From assembly GCA_038087875.1 (NCBI GenBank), contig CM075979.1, positions 35,402,001-35,466,000 of the forward strand: a stretch of DNA of 64,000 bases, read 5' to 3'. Source of the stretch: Malacoraja senta. Lineage: Eukaryota. Numbering within the stretch: position 1 is the stretch's first letter; each line of letters begins with the position of its first letter. Shown here in pieces: positions 24,561 to 36,730 of this stretch. Under the pieces are notes generated by a model, which saw only the letters and a program-made list of their open reading frames with translations, searched no databases and was not told where the DNA came from. The translations under genes were made by a program, and so were the position numbers.

Positions 24561-26179
24561 CAGTGGCTTGCAAAAGTATTCATACCCCTTGAACTTTTCC
24601 ACATTTTGTCACGTTACACCCACAAACGTAAATGTATTTTATTGGGATTTTATGTGATAGACCAACACAAAGTGGCGCATAATTGTGAAGTGGAAGAAAA
24701 ATGCTACATGGTTTTCAAATTTTTTTACAAATAAAAAACTGAAAAGTGTCGCGTGCAAAAGTATTCAGCCCCCTTTACTCTGATACCCCTAAATAAAATC
24801 CAGTGCAACCAATTGCCTTCAGAAGTCACCTAATTAGTAAATAGAGTCCACTTGTGTGTAATCTAATCTCAGTATAAATACAGCTGTTCTGTGAAGGCCT
24901 CAGAGGTTTGTTAGAGAACATTAGTGAACAAACAGCATCATGAAGCCCAAGGAACACACCAGACAGGTCAGGGATAAAGTTGTGGAGAAGTTTAAAGCAG
25001 GGTTAGGTTATAAAAAAATATCCCAAGCTTTGAACATCTCACGGAGCACTGTTCAATCCATCATCCGAAAATGGAAAGAGTATGGCACAACTGCAAACCT
25101 ACCAAGACATGGCCGTCCACCTAAACTGACAGGCCGGGCAAGGAGAGCATTGATCAGAGAAGCAGCCAAGAGGCCCATGGTAACTCTGGAGGAGCTGCAG
25201 AGATCCACAGCTCAGGTGGGAGAATCTGTCCACAGGACAACTATTAGTCGTGCACTCCACAAATCGGGCCTTTATGGAAGAGTGGCAAGAAGAAAGCCAT
25301 TGTTGAAAAAAATAAGCCATAAGAAGTCCCGTTTGCAGTTTGCCACCAGCCATGTGAGGGACACAGCAAACATGTGGAGGAAGGTGCTCTGGTCAGATGA
25401 GATTAAAATTGAAGTTTTTGGCCTAAATGCAAAACGCTATGTGTGGCAGAAACCTAACACTGCACATCACCCTGAACACGCCATCCCCACTGTGAAACAT
25501 GGTGGTGGCAGCATCATGCTGTGGGGATGCTTTTCTTCAGCAGGGACAGGGAAGCTGGTCAGAGTTGATGGGAAGATGGATGGAGCCAAATACAGGGCAA
25601 TCTTGGAAGAAAACCTGTTAGAGTTTGCAAAAGACTTGAGACTGGGGCAGAGGTTCACTTCCAGCAGGACAACGACACTAAACATACAGCCAGAGCTACA
25701 ATGGAATGGTTTAGATCAAAGCATATTCATGTGTTAGAATGGCCCAGTCAAAGTCCAGACCTAAATCCAATTGAGAATCTCTGGCAAGACTTGAAAATTG
25801 CTGTTCACAGACGCTCTCCATCCAATCTGACTGAGCTTGAGCTATTTTGCAAAGAAGAATGGGCAAAAATTTCAGTCTCTAAATGTGCAAAGTTGGTAGA
25901 GACATACCCCAAAAGACTTGCAGCTGTAATTGCAGCGAAAGGTGGTTCTACAAAGTATTGACTCAGGGGGGCTGAATACTTTTGCACGCAACACTTTTCA
26001 TTTTTTTATTTGTAAAAAAATTTGAAAAACGTGTATAATTTTCCTTCCACTTCACAATTATGCACCACTTTGTGTTGGTCTATCACATAAAATCCCAATA
26101 AAATACATTTACGTTTGTGGTTATAATGTGACAAAATGTGGAAAAGTTCAAGGGGTATGAAAACTTTTGCAAGCCACTG
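24561..26179 (+). mobile_element. Full-length near-intact Tc1 DNA transposon
   Basis: TA|cagtggcttgcaaaagt ... ttttgcaagccactg|TA, with ~210-bp TIRs. Confidence 0.97.
24940..25961 (+). pseudogene. Tc1 DD34E-type transposase with a single frameshift near 25660
   Basis: ORFs 24940-25737 and 25701-25961 together give the paired-like HTH, GRPPK, WSDE, (F)QQDND (frame-shifted) and [19 protein letters not shown]. Confidence 0.93.
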
Positions 26180-26424
26180 TATGTGGTGATAATTATGCCT
26201 AGGAACTTGAAGCACACTACCATTTCCATTTTGACACCATTAATGCTGATTTGGGAATGTACTCTACCTCACTTCCTGAAGTTAATGACTAGCTCCATTA
26301 TTTTGCTGACATTGAGAGAAAGGTTCTTGTTTTGAAGCCATGCTACCAAGCTTTCTATTTCCTTCCTGTACTACATCTCATCATTGTTCAAGATACAGCC
26401 CACCACAGAGGTGCCATCTGCAAA

Positions 26425-27210
26425 CTTGTCGGCAAAGTACTAAACGAGTACTTTGCATCTGTATTCACCAAGGAGAAGGACATGGAGGATAGTAAGATCA
26501 GTCTGGGTTACATTAATATGCTAGGGCTGTTTGAGATCAAGAAAGATGTGCTGTTTGAAAGTATTAAAGTGAATAAATTCCTAGGGTCTGATGAAATCTA
26601 TCCCAAGGTATTGAGAGAGGCAGGAGTGGAGATTGCAGGAGCCTCGACAAAAAACGTTGGATCTTTTCTAGCCGTAGGCGACGTCCCTCAAGACTGGAGA
26701 GTAGTCAATGTTGTTGCTTTGTTTAAGAAAGGAAGTAGAGATAATCCAGGAAATTGTAGGCCGTTGAGCCTCTCATCCATGGTAGAAGAGCTATTGAAAA
26801 GGATTCTTTGGTATAGGATTTACTCGCATTTGGAAGAGAATTGGAAAATTAGGGACTGTCAACGTGGCTTTGTCTTTGGCAGATCCTAACTAACTAACTT
26901 AATTGAGGATTGAGGAGGTGATGAAAGTGATCAATGATGGTATGGCAGTTGATGTTGTCTACCTGGACAAGGTATTTGTTAAAGTTCCTCATGGTGGGCT
27001 GATCCAGAAGATTAAGATCCAAGGTAGGTTAGATAGGCACATGGATATACGATACGATAGGATAGAACTTTATTTATCCCAGGAGAGATACATAATATGA
27101 AGGGATATGGACCAAGTGCAGGCAGAGGAGATTAGTTTATCTTTGCATTATGTTTGGCACTGACATTGTGGGCCGAAAGGCTGGTTCTTGTGGTGAACTG
27201 TTATGTTCGA
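26425..27210 (+). mobile_element. CR1 LINE ORF2 fragments with internal deletion and 3' UTR
   Basis: [43 protein letters not shown]. Confidence 0.9.
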
Positions 27211-28623
27211 CGATGATAAGGTTGAAATAACTTTAACTTCTATCCAATCTAAGTGTTATGCTTAGGTATAGGAAATGGCAAATTTGAGATGCAAGTGTAG
27301 TTTCTTCATTTGATAGCTCGTCAAGAGTCAAGCAACCTTTCTTATTTTTGTGTATTTTAAAGCTTTGTGAGCAGTAGCAACTATAATATATTAGCATTGA
27401 AATCAACTTCAATATTCATGATTTAAAGACCTACTAAGCATACAATTTCAAATCATAAACATTTTTTATGTTCCATTACTTAATAATAACACCATGGATT
27501 TTCAAGAATATTTGAAGTGCATTGCAAAATCACAGATATATTTAAAAGTCATTGAACATTGTACCTGAAGTGAATAAGAAGAGCACCTAAAAGGCTATGC
27601 TAACTTTCCAATTTAATTTGTATTCTTTTAGATAGTGACATTTCAAGTACACATGCAAGTATTGTGAAACATATGGTTATTGTTTCTTCATCTACATTCC
27701 TTTCGGGCAATGAATTTCAGAAGCACCTTTGGAATAATTTTTTGTTCCCTTGACTCTTCTACTTTCCTTTGATCAATTACACTTACGCTAATAAAAACAA
27801 ACATGCAGCAAATCATGCATAATCATTGGAGAGAAAGATGCAGAGGTAATATTTCAGGTCAGCAAGCTTTAATCAAGTGGAAATAGCTAGAAATGTATTT
27901 TGATGTGCAGAGAAATGGGGGAGGAGAGAACAAAAAGCACTCGGACTGAATGGAATGACAGCAAGAGTGTTCGCGCTAGATAACAAAGCATTGAAGAAGT
28001 GAAAGTGCAAAATGATAATCTGAAAATGTAAAAGAAATTTCAAATGAATGCTGTATATCAAATAAAATTGCAGCAATGCTACTTCCTTCAAATTATTGGT
28101 TCAATGTTGAGTGTAAAAATATCTTTCATGTCTAGTGGTGATAAGCTACCGTTCCTGTCCTTGGGTTGAATTTTGTTTGAACAGTTCAGGAGATTCAAGG
28201 CAGAGTAGTCAGAATAAGAGCATTGAAGCGAGTGGTGACAAAAAGCTCAGGGTCATGATTACATACTCAGTTATTCTGCAAAGTGGTCAGAGCAGCTTGC
28301 TTGCATTTGGCCTCCCCAGCATAAAGTTAATATAACTCCAAATAAACTAGTATTGTACACTTGAAAAATTCAGATAACAGTATTGCCTCAATTTCCCATG
28401 TATCTGGCCCTAGTTGAGAATTATGACTTCTGACTTTGGTTTTCTTTTTCTCTGGAACCTTTTTCTAAGGCATAAAGTACCCTCAAATTTTATCAACAGT
28501 AATGCAAAAATTAAATTCCATTTACCCAAATGGGATTGAAAAATCATTGTATTTATTCTCAGAACAGCGGTTTCCCCTGAAACTATACTCTTTATAGTTT
28601 TAGCATTCAAACCGCATTACTTA

Positions 28624-29169
28624 AGGGGCTGTCCCACTGCGGCTACCTAATCCGCGAGTTAAGAAGAATGTCTTCGACCTTCAAGCTCGAGGGCATTTGC
28701 CTGGAAAACCTCGAGCTGCATGATAAGGTTGAAATAAGGGGGGGGGGGGGGGGAGAGCAGGAGAGAAGGAGTGGAGTATAATAAAGTTTATCGGGCATTT
28801 TTCCTACCGGTTGGTTTTCCTTGGTCCAGAAAACTCCAACGAGCCCATTAAAATGCCTGGTCAGCGAAGGAGATTGCCTACGTCTGCCCTCGACTGCCTG
28901 TAACTAAATAGCGACCCCATTCCACTGCACTACGAGTTAAAAAGAAACATGTCGACCAAATTTACTAACGGAATATTATTCAACATGCTGAAAAAATTTC
29001 CGCGACCTAGCTGAGGCCGCGAGTATGCGGGAACTTCCCACGAGCATGAAGGAGAGTTCCAGTGACCTCATAGGACCTCCTAGGACCACGTGTCGACCAT
29101 GGTGCGAGTTTGAGTCGAGGGCAAACTCTTCTGAACTCGCGGATTAGGTCGCGCAGTGGGACAGCCCCT
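28624..29169. mobile_element. PIF/Harbinger-type MITE, copy 1
   Basis: TTA|aggggctgtcccactgcg ... cgcagtgggacagcccct|TTA; 3-bp TTA TSD; no ORF. Confidence 0.9.
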
Positions 29170-31004
29170 TTATGAGACCTGTGATATTAAATAAATCACA
29201 AAAAACTTCATTTACTTTTCCTTTCGTCCACACAAGAACAGACAGGGCTGGCAAATATAACTGCCCGTACCACAGGCATCCATAGGTTACAAGCATCCAA
29301 AGACTGCAGTTGTGTCCTTCCTGGCAAACATCTGCAAAGGCATAAGACGGTAGTCTGGATGGTGTACAGATGGTCTTCATCTGCCCGCTCTAGTTTCTCC
29401 AACTTCTTGGGAACACTCTTGCATTATGCCTTCCCCCTTTACCTCTCCCTGCAATTCTTTGTGAAGTCCATCTATTTATTGCCATAACTTTTTAAAATTC
29501 TATTTTCAGGATCTATGCATCTTTGGCAAGGTCAGCATTTATTACCTATTCCTAATTACCCTTTAGAAAATGGTAGTGACCCATCGTCTTGAATTATCGG
29601 AGTTCATCCGATGGAGGTGTTCTCACAGTGCTAATCGGCAATGAGTTCCAGGATCTGGCACACAGATTATGTATGTTGTAATGTCCCTTTAAGAGTCAGC
29701 TGCAGAGATCGCACCCGTGAGTGTACTGGATCAAAAGAGAATATTGGAGAATATCACTGTCACTTTCATCATGCATTACAAAGGGGAACCAAACAATGCT
29801 GTTCCATCAAGCTTAGAATTAAAGATCTGAATCTGTGTGCAATGTTCACAATGACCCACAAAACTCTTTAATATCATTAAAAAAAATAACAGAATTTCTG
29901 GCAACACATTGTAAACAGCCAAAACCGTATACTAGCTTTAAGGAAGTGCAGGTAAATTGCTGTTTCACATGGGAAGACAGCTTGGGGCTTGAAAAGGAGA
30001 TGGGATAATGCGACTAGTGGTATTGCAGTTTGGGAATAACGATCCTTTGGATGTGAAGGCCAGTTGGTGAAAGGTGAAGATAAAGAAATTCTATTCTGGT
30101 CCTGGAAGTGGGGAGAAGTGATGGGAACAGAAAATGGAACAGTCACAATCAAAATATGTTGTTTACCTCTTTAAGACAAAGGCAAATTATACTTCACAAT
30201 GTCATAACCTTGATGTGTTTGCTAAGATGAGTTTATACTTGCAATCTCTCTTTCTCTGATGAGTTCATAATACAATTTGTCCTATAGAAGAGAGCAAGCA
30301 CCGTGGTCGCTGGAGGGATAAAATAAAATGCCATGCTCAGAGACTCCTTAGAAACCTATAGTCGCAAGGCAAACATTACTGATACCAGCATTTTGATTCC
30401 AGATTATTCAATTGACCAAAATTAAATTCCCCAGTTCTTATGGTGAGATTTGAACAGGCAATAATGAGATTTGGACTGGCAGTAATATTATTTAAATATA
30501 ACTGCAATTTTTTATTGATGAGCACACCACTGTTGTGCATGTCCCTTTCAACCACCCCCTTGCCTTGTAGTTTTAAGAAAATTGCAAGGCTGGTTTTTTA
30601 TCTAATCCAATTAATATCCAATAGGTAGAATTTCTAAAGTAATACAAATTGTGTGCAGGATAATCTTGTGCTGTAAAGAACATCTTGTTTTTCCTTGGTT
30701 GCACCTTGGTTCCGCTTGTCTTTTCCTATCACTTGTAGTTTAATACCAAAATAAAGTTCATACTTAGCAGTCAATAATTCTGTTGTCTGTTTAAGCAAGT
30801 TCTTTATGGTTTCTTGATGCCTTTTATATCATGAAGGTTATCTTCACTTTGATTGTTAGTCTATTTCAGTCGTTAAGTCAACTTAGATTGATCACAATTG
30901 ATTTAATACCCACAGTTTCTGTTTTTAAGGATATGTTACCATAAATCTTGGTCCAGAAGACTCACTCAAAACACGAGCAAAGTATTTCACTGCAATTCAA
31001 TCAA

Positions 31005-31390
31005 GAATCAAGGCTGTGGAGTGATCTTATGGAAGTGTATAAAATCGCGAGGGGAATAGATAGGATGAATGCAGTGTGTTTTTTATCAGGGTATGAGTGG
31101 AAAAATAGAAGGCATAGATTTAAAGTTAGAGGAGACAGATGTAATAGGAACTTGAGGAGCAACCTTTTCACACAGAGAGTGGTTGGTATATGGAATGAGC
31201 ACCAGAGGAAGTGGTTGAGCCAGGTAAATTAACAATATTTAAAATAAATTTGGACAGATGTATGGATAGGAAAGGGCTAGAAGGCTAAAGGGCCAGATGT
31301 GAGGAAATAGAACTAGCTTGATGGGGCATCGCAGTCTGCCTGGACGTTGAGATGAAGGGCCTGTTTCCGTGCTGTATAACTCTATGACTG
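31005..31390 (+). mobile_element. CR1 3' fragment
   Basis: RLWSDLMEVYKI.RGIDR..RHRFKVRG..NLFTQRVVGIWN plus CR1 3' UTR. Confidence 0.85.
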
Positions 31391-32185
31391 AGCAATTGTA
31401 GAAAATCGTTTCCTGCGATACAGATGAATTCAGATCATAGTTGAGAAAATGTAGTAGGTATAATAGTACCTTACCTGAATTAGCTGTCGAAATAACTATT
31501 TATGCCAAAGAAATCAATCTCTGAGGTATCAATAACAATACAATATTTGAATCTAGGGACAAATTGTGTGGAATTCACAATTAGTGAATTAATTGTAATT
31601 TACAGAATAAACTGAATTGACTCTTTACTTACACACCACAATCTATCATGTTCTTCACAAAAAGTGCAGACTTGTAGGGGATGGATTTTCTTGGAATTTC
31701 TCCTTCCTCAGTGGTAAACACAGCAGATTTCACTACATGTAATTGAGGTTTGCGTCTAACTATTGAGGTGGTGGAACAGGAAATGCTCTGACATTCTTTG
31801 TAAGATTCACTGCCATTGAAATAATTTGATGTTGACAGCTTGATTATGGGGGTACTTTGTGCTGTGCTTTCATTAACTAGTCGTTACATATATCCCTATT
31901 GAATCCAGCAAGCCATAACAAAAGGATTTTTTTAAGAGACAAATTGAGATGATATGGGTTGACATACGAAAACAATGGATCAACAAAGCAATCCCAGTCG
32001 AATGTGCATTAGTCAGTTATCCATGTAATGACAAAAGAAAGCAGCTTCCCTTCCAAATATGTAAATACCATAGCAATTAGTTCAGAGAAACCAATTAGAA
32101 CATTAGCAATCAATGAGAAAAAGTCCCTTTCAGCTCCTACTTTTATTGCCTTAAATGACAAGATTATTTGGGTTGGAGCATGTGG

Positions 32186-32476
32186 AGGGATGGTGGGTGA
32201 GGAGGGTGAGGAGGGTGAGGAGGGGGAGGGGAGGGTGAGGAGGGGGAGGGTGAGGGGGGTGAGGTGGGTGAGGAGGGATGGAGGGTGAGGGGAGGGGAGG
32301 GTGAGGAGGGATGGGGGGTGAGGAGGGTGAGGGGAGGGTGAGGAGGGATGGAGGGTGAGGAGGGATGGAGGATGAGGGGAGGGTGAGGAAGGGGAGGGTG
32401 GGGGGGGGGTGAGGAGGATGAGGGTGAGGAAGGTGATGGTGAGGGAGGGGAGGGTGAGGAGGGTGAGGGGAGGGCA
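32186..32476 (+). repeat. G-rich low-complexity repeat (GGGTGAGGA-like)
   Basis: Direct observation; almost no C on the + strand. Confidence 0.92.
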
Positions 32477-33104
32477 GGTATATTCTCCTTACAGGTGTAA
32501 AATTACAATACTGAGGAAATTTGGACATTTTATTTTGTGACCTACATCAGGAGCATATCTGACATTAAATTAGTGTGGGTGACCATTGGTCGACATGGAT
32601 GTTTGCTAGAAATAGGTTGTTTAAATATGAAAATGGAAAATCTCTAAAATTCAGGCAAAAATATCCTGAACTTTGACGTGAATCATATCGAGTTGTACTG
32701 AGCTAATGAAGGACACAGAAAATAGTGCAGCAAATTTACAACATTTTTGTAAACTGTTCAGTCTACAAAGTAACTGCAATATATTATCCCGAGATTCACA
32801 TTTGTCCTCAACCACTCCCCAGCATCTCCCAGTGCCCATAACCATAGCACTGGACATTGAGTTCAAATTATCACAAATGTTATCCAAAGCCAAGATTTGG
32901 GAGCATGTCATATTTCTCATGCAGCTGCAACACTTCCTAATTCTGACACATTCTGACGTGTACAGCTGTCAGCAACAATGTTTGAGTTTTTTTTCCATTG
33001 TCTCCTCAGATATGTTCTAAAGTTTGGAGTGATTGTCCTTCATAAAAGTGAGAAGGTGCTTTTATTGCAGAGATTTTGTAATTATAAATATAAATATGCC
33101 ATTT

Positions 33105-33405
33105 TAGTTTAGAGATACAGCATGGAAACTGGCCTTTTGGCTCACCGAGTCAGTGTCGACCAGCGATCCCCATACACTAGCACTATTCTACACACTAGGG
33201 ACAATTTACAAATTTTACTGAAGTCAGTTAACCTACCAACCTGTACGTCTTTGGAGTGGGGGAGGAAGTCTGAGCACCCGGAGAAAACCCATGCAGTCAC
33301 CGGATGAACATACAAACTCCGTACAGGCAGCATCCGTAGTCAGGATCAAACCCAGGTCTGTGGTGCTGTAAGGCAACTCTACCGCTGCACCACTGTACTG
33401 CCCCC
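33105..33405 (-). mobile_element. tRNA-derived SINE (HE1-like) with CR1-type tail
   Basis: Minus-strand head gtggtgcagcggtagag..gggtttgatcct (A/B boxes); homologous to 43320-43638. Confidence 0.85.
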
Positions 33406-34855
33406 ATTTTCATAAAGATTTTTTTTAGGGGGATGGAGGGAACCACATTCTTGGATCTTTCTCCAATTCTGAAAAATAATGAGGATCTTCAACGTACTTC
33501 AAAATATTGTATGTGGATAAATAAGTAGCTCTTCCACGCTGATGTATAATCTAAAATCCAGCTTCCACAAGGATACTGACATTTTCTGAGAGGAGAACAT
33601 TTCAATTCAAATGTTTGAACAGTGCAGAAAGAATAAACTTATTCTTGTACAATTACATCTGATTTGTGACAGGCCTAACTAAACTAATACTGTCAGGATT
33701 TATAATATTGAGAGAACTTGATTTGTAAAGGTGACAGTCTGAATAGAATGCAATTCCCCATGTAGTTAATATAATATTTTGTCTGTGAGAAAGTCCTACT
33801 AGATCTCATGCAGGATTTCTCTATATTACCTTCTGATTCTGTATGTATCTGGGCATTATGAGGTTTGATTGCATGCACATTGATTGTTTTCTGTTGATAG
33901 CTGAATGCAGATTATAAGAATAATATTATTTAGGGATTATATTTCTGTGTGTGTAAATGGGAATTATTTATTTCTATTAAACCTCTAAAGTGAAATCAGT
34001 TTATCATGATGCATTCAGTAATGTCAAGTTTTCAAACGGCAATGAAGTGCTGACCCTTTTTTTGCGCTGACCCTTTTTTACCACAGATTTAAAGCCTTTC
34101 TTTTGGCCACCATGTGTTACTTCTTGCTGAAGTATCTTGCTTGAAAATATGTAAATAATACTTAGTTTTGAGAATAAGATATTTGGTTTTACAATTAGTT
34201 AATTGTTTGTGTTGCTTTAGGTGGATCACAGTAAGTAATCCATACATGAGACCACTTTTTGCATTTCATTGCCCGATTAAGATACATCTAGTATAATGAT
34301 TATTTTTTAATATTTGGAAATTAAAAGAGCCTGATAGAAGTACTTAGTGCTGTCAGTAGATTCAAAGTAGAAACATAGTATTAGTCTGGGCCACTCCCGT
34401 ATAATTAGAAAGAATTGTGCACAAGAAAGATGACCTTGAAATGAACATTGAATAAATATGTTTTGCCTTACTTAAGACATACGCTTTGGGAAGGTAGAAA
34501 ATGCATTTGGTCCCTGAAAAATGAATAAAATAAGTCTACATGCTTTCTTTCCTTATCTTTAAAATGAAAGATTTTTCTTTGTAAATACAGCCTATGTGTT
34601 CCAACAAAAGATACTGTCTACCTTGTGCAATTGACTACAGAAATACACTTTCTAATAAATAATAAGTAGCCTTTACAAAAGTTACCAATGTACTGTTAAA
34701 AAGCTTGTTTCTCGTAGTTTGACAGCAGTTTTTAAACAATTGTTCATTGAATTAGATGCAGCTAACCTATGTTTTTTTTTAAGTTCCTTCTATGGCTACA
34801 TTTGCCTTTCTGGAAAATCTTGTCCAGTACTACAGATTCCACCTCTTGCAATCAG

Positions 34856-36075
34856 AAGCTGAAGAAATAAGCACTTTGATACCAGACCAAAAACAACAAC
34901 CTATGAAGGATAAGGTTCAACACTATTACCCTCATCGTCCACCAACACTGCTACACCTTCCACAACCTTTTGAAACCCAACATGCAGAAGAACAACCAGC
35001 AGTGACTGAGCAGGGCCCAGAACCTAAACTGACACAACAAAAGTGTTCTGAGCAAGAACTTAAGGTTGAACAATGTGATGAAATTCCGGATGAACAATTT
35101 TACTCTGAGCAATCAAAACACCAATATCAGCAGATAAAACTCAAAGAACAATTCCTAGAGGTGCCACAAAATAACAGTCAGTGCCAGCAACATTTAATGG
35201 TTGAACATCATCCATTAGATCCAAACCAATTACCGCATCTCCAGCAACAGTCACCACAACAGTTACCGCATCTCCAGCAGCAGCCGGCACATCAATTATC
35301 ACATCTCCAGCAACAGCCGGCACCACAGTTACCACATCTCCAGCAACAGCCGGCACCACAGTTACCACATCTCCAGCAACAGCCAGCACAGCAGTTACCA
35401 CATCTCCAGCAGCAGCCGGCACAGCAGTTACCACATCTCCAGCAGCAGCCGGCACAAAAGTTGCTACATCTGCAGCAACAGCCGGCACAACAATTACCAC
35501 ATCTCCAGCAGCAGCCGGCACAACAATTACCACATCTCCAGCAACAGCCGGCACAGCTGTTACCACATCTCCAGCAGCAGCCGGCACAACAATTACCACA
35601 TCTCCAGCAACAGCCGGCACAGCTGTTACCACATCTCCAGCAGCAGCCGGCACAACAATTAACACATCTCCAGCAACAGCCGGCACAACAATTACCACAT
35701 CTCCAGCAACAGCCGGCACAGCAGTTACCACATCTCCAGCAACAGCCGGCACAGCAGTTACCACATCTCCAGCAACAATCACCTCACCAATCATCACAAA
35801 ATCTGCGGTCATCCCCACAGCAACTGCCACAATCCCAGCAACCACAACCTAACCAGAAGACATTTTTATGGCAGCAAGAAAATCTACAGCCATTGCCACT
35901 ACCAGCACCACCGCTACCATCACAACCACAGCATCAGCTTCCACAGTACCAATGTCCTTCAATGCAGGACCCACCACATCTCCAACATAGGTTGCAGCCT
36001 TCAACTTTCAAAGATATTTGTCGTAATCTGAAAGCAGTAGCTGCTCGTAAACGTATGCGGCAAAATCAGCCATCG
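34856..36075 (+). CDS. Predicted alternative exon: Gln/Pro-rich region with 17 x 11-aa repeats and basic C-terminal end (ARKRMR)
   Basis: Lies within the 433-codon ORF 34792-36093. Acceptor ccacctcttgcaatcag|AA (phase 1, compatible with the 16072 donor) and donor TCG|gtaaga at 36075/36076 (phase 0, compatible with the 41554 acceptor). The frame is open for about 370 nt before and 290 nt after the repeat. The acceptor position is inferred from phase. Confidence 0.75.
35227..35787 (+). repeat. Coding minisatellite, 17 x 33 bp (QLPHLQQQPAQ)
   Basis: 561 bp = 17 units of ca[ag]ttaccacatctccagca[ag]cagccggcacaa-like sequence, with no frameshift. Confidence 0.97.
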
Positions 36076-36730
36076 GTAAGAACCATCATTTGATACAAAA
36101 ATATTCTTTACATTGATTGGCTAGTTTTACTTGAATGAGGCTGAATCAAATGAAAATTGCTGCTTACCAACTTGAAAGTTTTCAAGGAGGCATATATGTG
36201 ATTACCATGTGAATCCAAAAGATAAAATTGTCTTCCAAGAAAAAAATAAGCCTGTGGCAATTAAGTATCATCAGTATTTGTATGAATGTGAATTGGTGAG
36301 AGACATCAAGGCCACCTGACTGACTTTGGTTATGCGGAGAGGTGTTAGAAGCTATAATTTATTTCCGCAGAACAGCAAAAGGGAACAGGAAATTTATTAG
36401 AGGTGTTAAAATTTGAGGCGTTTTCAGAGCTCAGATGGAAAAACTGTTTTTATCGACTGTAGGAATGGTAACAGAGATATAAAGTTAATGTGATTTGCAA
36501 ATGGACCACTGCCAATGTGGGCTTAGGAATGGTGATGATGAAAAATATTTTGCTCTGCAACATATTAAGATTATAAGAAAATAGTGGAGTAAATTTAATC
36601 ATAACTTTTAAAAAGGAATTGCTTATTTATTTGTGAGAGATAATTTCATGATTGGGAGAAATTGCTTATGCTGATGAGTGCAGGACATGGACTTCTATAA
36701 ACCTCTGCATAGTAGACTGTTTTGCAAAAG

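Larger units (their letters stand above)
24415..26420 (-). mobile_element. Rex/Babar-like LINE RT fragment split by the Tc1 insertion
   Basis: Minus-strand peptide LFLKRLTKFG..FYRCTVESILSSCI left of the Tc1; similar LINE sequence resumes after 26181. Confidence 0.65.

Noticed and set aside
32151-32528. Pro/His-rich ORF
   Set aside because: Product of a low-complexity repeat.
34792-34855. ATG start of the 433-aa ORF as a single-exon gene; alternative acceptors at 34828 and 34836
   Set aside because: The ORF end coincides with a donor that is phase-matched to the BEN exon. The other acceptors are out of phase with the upstream phase-1 donors and hit stops.
35227-35787. CRISPR-like array
   Set aside because: Tandem units without unique spacers, in a eukaryotic coding context.
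35141-35845. 234-aa antisense ORF (VVTAVPAVAGD repeats)
   Set aside because: Mirror of the CAG-rich coding repeat on the + strand; no independent support.
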